NCBI GenBank assembly: GCA_019057385.1
Contig: JAHQJS010000007.1
Location: 747,685 to 811,684 of the forward strand
Source of the DNA: Candidatus Borrarchaeum weybense
GTDB taxonomy: Archaea; Asgardarchaeota; Sifarchaeia; Borrarchaeales; Borrarchaeaceae
Reading direction: 5' to 3'
DNA: 64,000 nt
Shown here one piece after another: positions 58,988 through 64,000 of this stretch. Below the pieces are notes generated by a model. It saw only the letters and a program-made list of their open reading frames with translations, was not told the DNA's origin and searched no databases. Position numbers and translations under genes: made by a program. Numbering within the stretch: the first letter of the stretch is position 1; the number at the start of each line of letters is the position of its first letter.

Positions 58988-59039
58988 GAAAAATTAATTT
59001 CAAGATATTAGTGAAGAAATAATTGAATGAGGAACTAAG

Positions 59040-59879
59040 ATGACTGTCAATATTGAATTATTATTTACTGGAAATGAACTCCTTATCGGAAAAACGCTTA
59101 ACACCAATGCTCAGTGGTTAGCAAAACGTATCTATTCACTTGGAGCACAAGTAACCCGTATGGCTAATGTAATGGACGATCTACAAGAGATCTCTGATGA
59201 GCTACTATATATGATCAAAAGACAACCAGATATCATTATTACCTCAGGAGGTCTTGGTGCATCTTTTGATGACATGACATTAGAAGCTGTAGCTAAAGCA
59301 ACGAATAGACCACTTATTCTCGTCCAAGAGATCCTAAACGAAATTAAACGAGTTCATAAACTATTTTACGAGCGTGGCGACATCAAAGAAAACAAGGTAT
59401 CTGAATATGCAAGAAAAATGGCTTATCAGCCAAAAGATAGCAAAATGCTTGAAAATCCGGAAGGTGGAATACCAGGAGTTTTGTTAGAACTGGAAAAAAA
59501 CGTGAATATAATCTGTTTACCAGGAGTACCCGCAGAATTAAAAGCCATGTTTGATCAGATCGTCGCTGATATCATTTCTAAAATGGTTGGAGGAGATATC
59601 GCCACAGCTGGTGTTAAATTTCTAGTAGACCTAATAGAATCTGAAATTGCGATTTTAATTGAAAAGGTGATGAAGGCATATCCAAGTGTGTACATTAAGA
59701 GCAATCCATTAAGTTGGCAAGATGCTGTACGTGTTGAAATTCATCTTACATCCAGAGGGGAAGTAAATCAAGTGAATGAAAATGTAAATAATGCTGCTGA
59801 GATGCTGAAGAATCTGATTTTAAACTATGGAGGAAAAATAGAAGAAAATTCTATTATTTCTGCAAACAAGAAACAATAA
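59040..59879 (+). CDS. COG1058 tandem paralog with diverged motifs
   Basis: SGGLGASFDDMT, GGIPG, YIKSNP. Confidence 0.85.
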   Translation: MTVNIELLFTGNELLIGKTLNTNAQWLAKRIYSLGAQVTRMANVMDDLQEISDELLYMIKRQPDIIITSGGLGASFDDMTLEAVAKATNRPLILVQEILNEIKRVHKLFYERGDIKENKVSEYARKMAYQPKDSKMLENPEGGIPGVLLELEKNVNIICLPGVPAELKAMFDQIVADIISKMVGGDIATAGVKFLVDLIESEIAILIEKVMKAYPSVYIKSNPLSWQDAVRVEIHLTSRGEVNQVNENVNNAAEMLKNLILNYGGKIEENSIISANKKQ

Positions 59880-59949
59880 ATAATTTAAGAAGAATAAATC
59901 TACACTAAAATGTAAATGAAAATAATAAAAGCCACATGGAGGGGAAAAA

Positions 59950-61644
59950 ATGGAAGAAGAACCTACAGAACCTTCAATACCAGAAGAAACCGAGACGACA
60001 GGGGAAGTAGAAATATTTCCGTATTTGCTTGATGATCCTTCATCATCTCTTGATGTAGAACTTGCAGTTGCGTTTATGGTGGCTGAAGTAAATCGTGAGA
60101 AAGGCGGCGGCCTAATTAGGAAAACACCAGAAGAAGTTATTATGCTTTTTTCAAAAATTGGATGGCCTTATTGGTTTATGAAAACTAAAGAAGGATCGGT
60201 GATCGCTGATGGACAAGGATTATCTGAACAGAAACTCACATTTAGTCAAGTACCTAAACCAGAAGAAATTGATAATATCCTATCTAGTAGTGAGATTGCG
60301 ACAGACTATGTAAATTCCCTAAAAAGAACTATTGAACTTCTGACAAGTCTTCCAACACAAAGCGTGCCCATTACTGCATTAGTGGAACCCGAGTTAGCAC
60401 AAAATATTGCAACACACAAGAAAAGTATAGAAAAGAAACGCCCTTTAGAGATAAAAGTAGCGATACTAGAACCTGAGATAACTAAAAATGATGCAAGAAC
60501 AATTGCGACAAATTTTGATGAACTAATGGCGGATAGAGATAATGAACTGAAGAAATTTGATGAAATAAAGAAGACTATTGAAAAAAATACGAGTACCCAC
60601 TTCAAAAAATTAGACGATAAAACGAGAGAAACACTAACAACTTATTCTGATACTGTAACAAAACTGAAAGAGGATGTCGATCAAGAAATAGTCCGTTTGA
60701 AGAGGAAAAAAGATGAAGAGCTAAAAAACACAGATATAATAAAAGAAGAGGAAGGTAAACGTATCGTAAAAAAACTCCGGACTACATTTGACCCCGTCCA
60801 AACATCCTTTTCAAATGCACAAAAGGCTGTCGAAGATTATGTTGAAAGTAAAATTCCTCCTGGTAAAGAGCCAGAGTTAGCCTTTGATTTAGCTGGTGGT
60901 GCTATTAATTACATTAAAAGTCAAATCGATTCGATTGGGGAATCACTTAAAGCGACGGAAAAAGACATCAATAATTTAAAAGAGGATTGGAAAAAGTTAA
61001 TAGCAGATGTTGAAGCGAAGAAAAAAGCAATTGTAAATAAAACTGAAGAAGAAATTGCTAATCAAAATAAGAGAATCAAAGATAAAGAAGTTGAACGCGA
61101 TAAAAAAATAAATGAGCTAAAAGAGTTTCAAAAGACAATTGAGAATTTAATCAAAGAACTATTCACTAAAATCGATGAACAAAAAAAGAGACTTCTTGAA
61201 GAAAATTCCATGCCTAAGAAATTTTTAATCCCGGAAACAGTTGCACCGATGTATCAAGAGATTAATGCAACATATTTGCCACTTTATATCACTAAATATT
61301 CTAATGAGAAACAAGAAACACGCTTTATTGTCCTTCCTGCCATTGCTTCACTGAAGGAGAAGAAAGAAATCGGTATTGACATTGGTGACAAAAAGTTACA
61401 TTCAATGATTTATACATCATTTAATGAATATGTCAAGAAGAGAATTGAGGACGCATTAAGTAAAAACAAGAATTTAAGAGATAATATCGAGCGAATCATG
61501 AATGCTAATAACTTCATTAAGGAAAAGACGATAGAATCAACGATTCAAGACGGAATAAAAACTTTAGAGGCGAAAAAAGTAATCAAAGACAAAGATGCTG
61601 AAGAATTTGCACTGGCTACCATAGAAGCATTTAGAGGTGCATAG
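59950..61644 (+). CDS. Long coiled-coil protein with globular N- and C-terminal segments
   Basis: Heptad-rich K/E region at about aa 180-420 between SKIGWPYWF and YLPLYITKY strands. Confidence 0.8.
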   Translation: MEEEPTEPSIPEETETTGEVEIFPYLLDDPSSSLDVELAVAFMVAEVNREKGGGLIRKTPEEVIMLFSKIGWPYWFMKTKEGSVIADGQGLSEQKLTFSQVPKPEEIDNILSSSEIATDYVNSLKRTIELLTSLPTQSVPITALVEPELAQNIATHKKSIEKKRPLEIKVAILEPEITKNDARTIATNFDELMADRDNELKKFDEIKKTIEKNTSTHFKKLDDKTRETLTTYSDTVTKLKEDVDQEIVRLKRKKDEELKNTDIIKEEEGKRIVKKLRTTFDPVQTSFSNAQKAVEDYVESKIPPGKEPELAFDLAGGAINYIKSQIDSIGESLKATEKDINNLKEDWKKLIADVEAKKKAIVNKTEEEIANQNKRIKDKEVERDKKINELKEFQKTIENLIKELFTKIDEQKKRLLEENSMPKKFLIPETVAPMYQEINATYLPLYITKYSNEKQETRFIVLPAIASLKEKKEIGIDIGDKKLHSMIYTSFNEYVKKRIEDALSKNKNLRDNIERIMNANNFIKEKTIESTIQDGIKTLEAKKVIKDKDAEEFALATIEAFRGA

Positions 61645-61682
61645 CCGGTTTTATAATTTGCTATATATCCTTGCAACGACAT

Positions 61683-61780
61683 ATAGTCGACTATCCCACT
61701 CTAAAGTAACAGGCTTCTAGAAGCGGGAGTTTTGACTATTTTATTTCATTTTTTTTTGTCGATGAACTACCTCGCCCCCC
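61683..61780. mobile_element. Degenerate IS200/IS605-type end sequences between convergent genes
   Basis: GTCGACTATCCCACTCTAAAG...GGCTT...TTGAC hairpin, and GATGAACTACCTCGCCCC resembling the right end of the mini-elements. Confidence 0.4.
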
Positions 61781-61821
61781 AAGAGAATCGCATTTTAGTA
61801 TAAGAGCAGTGGAACTAGAAA

Positions 61822-63726
61822 CTACATAGAAACGAAAGTAGGTCTCCTAGAAAGTCGTTTTAATGATGGAGATAATGGGACAAAGACTCTTTCCTTTATT
61901 AGAGATGTGATTTCCTTGATAAGGTCATCGAAACGGATATTATTTCGTGATTCTCCGTCAGCCCTTGTTCGGACAGAAACTGTATTATTTTCTATTTCTT
62001 TATCACCAATAACAATTATATAGGGAATCCATTCTCGCTCTGCTTGTCGAATCTTTTTACTTAAAGTTTCATCTCGATCATCTAAGTCAACTCTAATTTT
62101 AGCACTTTCCACTTTTTGCATTAGTGTTTCACAATAGGAAACGTGACGATCTGTAATAGGAATAACTCTCACTTGAGTTGGTGACAACCATAGAGGAAAC
62201 ATGGGAGTTTTGCCTTTTTTCTGATCGATTGCTGCCCCCTCTAATAATGCATATACAATTCGTTCAACTGCACCAGACGGTGAACTGTGAGTAATGATTG
62301 GAAAAACCTTCTCGCCCTTCTCATTTATATAAGTGATATCATATCGTTTTGCTGACTCCACATCAATTTGAACAGTGGAGAGTGCTGCTACCTTTTTGAC
62401 AAAGTCAACGAAATTAAATTCAAATTTAAGAATCCAATAAAAGTATCTGGCAGGAAATAATTCAATTAATGCAGGTTTTTTTAGTGCCTTAGCAATCAGA
62501 GTTACCAACCAATCGCGATGCTCTTCGAAAAATTCTTGACTCATACGAAATGCTGCTTCATATTCAAAGTTAAAATCAGCCATTAATGATGCTGCAAGAA
62601 AATATTGCTCTTCAAATTCTTGGAGAACTGAAGTGATATCCGCCGCACATGCATGTAAATCAGGCATTGTAAAAGCTCTCAGTCTCCTTAAAGCGACTAC
62701 CTCTCCACGTTTTTCTCTTCTAAAACTCGGAGCTAGTTCATAGATTCTTAAAGGCAAGTTTTTGTAGCTAAGATTAGTATCTGCCAAAAGAAAGAACTGA
62801 CCGAAATCAGAAGCGTATCGAAGGAAAAGTTCTTTATCCCCTGAATGGACACGATATTGACGTGCAGGGAACCTAGAAACTTGTTCTCTAAGTACTGGAT
62901 TTTCAAGGTCATACATGAGCGGTGTATCCAAGGGCAGTGCACCGAACTCATTCACAACCTTATTATAAACATGTTCTTCAACTATATGGCGTAATGTCGT
63001 GCCCTTAGCATACCACCGCATGTTACCAGGATCAGCTCCAGGTTCATAATCAGCAAATTCATGTCGTCTCATAAGATCAATGTGTGGTGGTTTACCTTTT
63101 TCCTCTCTTTCTTTGGCAAGTTCATAAAGTAAGAAGTCCCTTAGATTCTCATGTTCCCTAAAATTAAAAGGGATTTCTGTTCTTAGTTTTCTTGATTCTC
63201 CTTCGTCTTTTATTTCGACTTTTATAAGTTGATTATTCGGAGTTAATACGTAAAAGTCGGAGGGTGGATGTTCTTCAACAATAATTTCTTCTTTTTCCTT
63301 CTGAGTGATATCTACAACTCGTAGAGTTTCTGCTCGTGGATGACCAATACAATTCACATTGAAAGCCTTATACCATCCAAATGGTGATCTTATTACATTA
63401 TAGCCTTTTTCAGAGAGTAATTCACTTAAACGTTTCAAAATTTGCTTAGCTGCTGCCGGTGATGATAGTTGTGAGCTTAAGTGAGCATAAGGATAAATTA
63501 CGATATTTGACTCCCCTAGTTCTTCAGCTAATTCTCGAATTTTCTCTGAAGCTTGCTCTATTGCCATTTCAGTATTTTCTTCATCAGATTTTTCTACAGA
63601 AATGAAAATAACCAGTACGCGTTCAGAAGTCTCATATTGTCCATATTCAATTTCTTCTGCATCTTTAGTCGCTTTTTGCTTCACCTCATAGCTGAAACCA
63701 TTCGAATGGATTGACAATAGTTTCAA
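61822..63726 (-). CDS. thrS: Threonine--tRNA ligase, archaeal type with N-terminal editing domain
   Basis: YPYAHLS, PFGWYKAF, GHP, SFRREKRGE, RLRAFTMPDLH, ALSTVQID, HSSPSGAVER, LWLSPTQVR. Confidence 0.97.
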   Translation of the reverse strand: MKLLSIHSNGFSYEVKQKATKDAEEIEYGQYETSERVLVIFISVEKSDEENTEMAIEQASEKIRELAEELGESNIVIYPYAHLSSQLSSPAAAKQILKRLSELLSEKGYNVIRSPFGWYKAFNVNCIGHPRAETLRVVDITQKEKEEIIVEEHPPSDFYVLTPNNQLIKVEIKDEGESRKLRTEIPFNFREHENLRDFLLYELAKEREEKGKPPHIDLMRRHEFADYEPGADPGNMRWYAKGTTLRHIVEEHVYNKVVNEFGALPLDTPLMYDLENPVLREQVSRFPARQYRVHSGDKELFLRYASDFGQFFLLADTNLSYKNLPLRIYELAPSFRREKRGEVVALRRLRAFTMPDLHACAADITSVLQEFEEQYFLAASLMADFNFEYEAAFRMSQEFFEEHRDWLVTLIAKALKKPALIELFPARYFYWILKFEFNFVDFVKKVAALSTVQIDVESAKRYDITYINEKGEKVFPIITHSSPSGAVERIVYALLEGAAIDQKKGKTPMFPLWLSPTQVRVIPITDRHVSYCETLMQKVESAKIRVDLDDRDETLSKKIRQAEREWIPYIIVIGDKEIENNTVSVRTRADGESRNNIRFDDLIKEITSLIKERVFVPLSPSLKRLSRRPTFVSM

Positions 63727-63861
63727 GAGATTCACCTATCTATTTTGGATAGTCGTTTTCATTAGCCTATTTAACTTTGTCGGCGGAAAGTCTTAATTAT
63801 TAAATCTAAGTTGTACTCTAGTGAATCATAGGAAGAGTGTCTGAACCGTAAGATTTTTAAC

Positions 63862-63908
63862 TTGTGCGACGAGAAGTCCCCTTGCGACAGCTGGAAGATG
63901 AAAGCCGC
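63862..63908 (+). mobile_element. IS200/IS605-type left-end hairpin preceding a probable tnpB
   Basis: GCGACGAGAAGTCCCCTTGCGACAGCTGGAAGATGAAAGCCGC follows the GAA-stem-GATGAA left-end pattern. Confidence 0.5.
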
Positions 63909-63965
63909 TAGCTTTATATTGTTTTTTGAGGTAGAAGTATTGGTAAAAGAGTCTGCGTGAAGCCC

Positions 63966-64000
63966 ATGAAACTGACACAGAAAATTCGGATCTTTCCGAC
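63966..64000 (+). CDS. tnpB: Probable TnpB N-terminus, truncated by the window edge
   Basis: MKLTQKIRIFPT matches the K-x-R-[IL]-[YF]-P-T start of IS605-family OrfB proteins; only 12 codons are visible. Confidence 0.55.
   Translation, partial: MKLTQKIRIFP

Noticed and set aside
121-62951. Short antisense or overlapping ORFs in the track (e.g. 121..321, 6080..6385, 32843..33187, 44744..45127, 47979..48440, 60306..60605)
   Set aside because: They are shadows of well-supported genes on the opposite strand or frame, with no motifs or translation signals.
1-64000. CRISPR array, tRNA or rRNA genes
   Set aside because: No regularly spaced repeat-spacer series and no cloverleaf or T-loop signature was recognised by eye; a tRNAscan/Infernal run would be definitive.

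Overview
AT-rich archaeal chromosomal window. Archaeal markers are a ThrRS with N-terminal editing domain, a proteasome alpha subunit, ThiDN, AOR, BRE/TATA promoters and GGTGA Shine-Dalgarno sites. A tandem Roadblock/longin-like protein makes an Asgard-type host plausible, but this is not proven. Ordinary content: thiamine salvage cluster, SHMT, AOR, psmA, an isopropylmalate/citramalate synthase, PEPCK, LysX/ArgX ligase, two Fe-ADH/HOT paralogs plus a deleted third copy, a Zn ABC transporter, two CinA-N paralogs and thrS. A defence island at 15.7-24.7 kb carries a type IIG RM enzyme, HEPN/Abi proteins, a PD-(D/E)XK nuclease and a HIT protein. Five observations stand out. (1) At 5.0-10.3 kb one ~150-aa extracellular domain occurs twice as a free secreted protein and twice as the ectodomain of a membrane-anchored double-wHTH transcription factor, with a shared TGTACYAAAA promoter motif. 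(2) An unannotated 31-aa leader peptide ending in seven consecutive CGA Arg codons sits in a switchable structured leader of lysX/argX, resembling an arginine attenuator in an archaeon. (3) A 28-bp inverted repeat could swap the RM enzyme C-terminus by inversion. (4) Two ~205-bp IS200/IS605 mini-elements consist of left end + omegaRNA-like scaffold + right end, and a probable tnpB starts at the window edge. (5) A tandem AAA+/wHTH pair has 9-bp-periodic boxes upstream and a candidate ~107-nt structured RNA downstream. No tRNA, rRNA or CRISPR array was recognised. All family calls come from motif recognition, not database searches.
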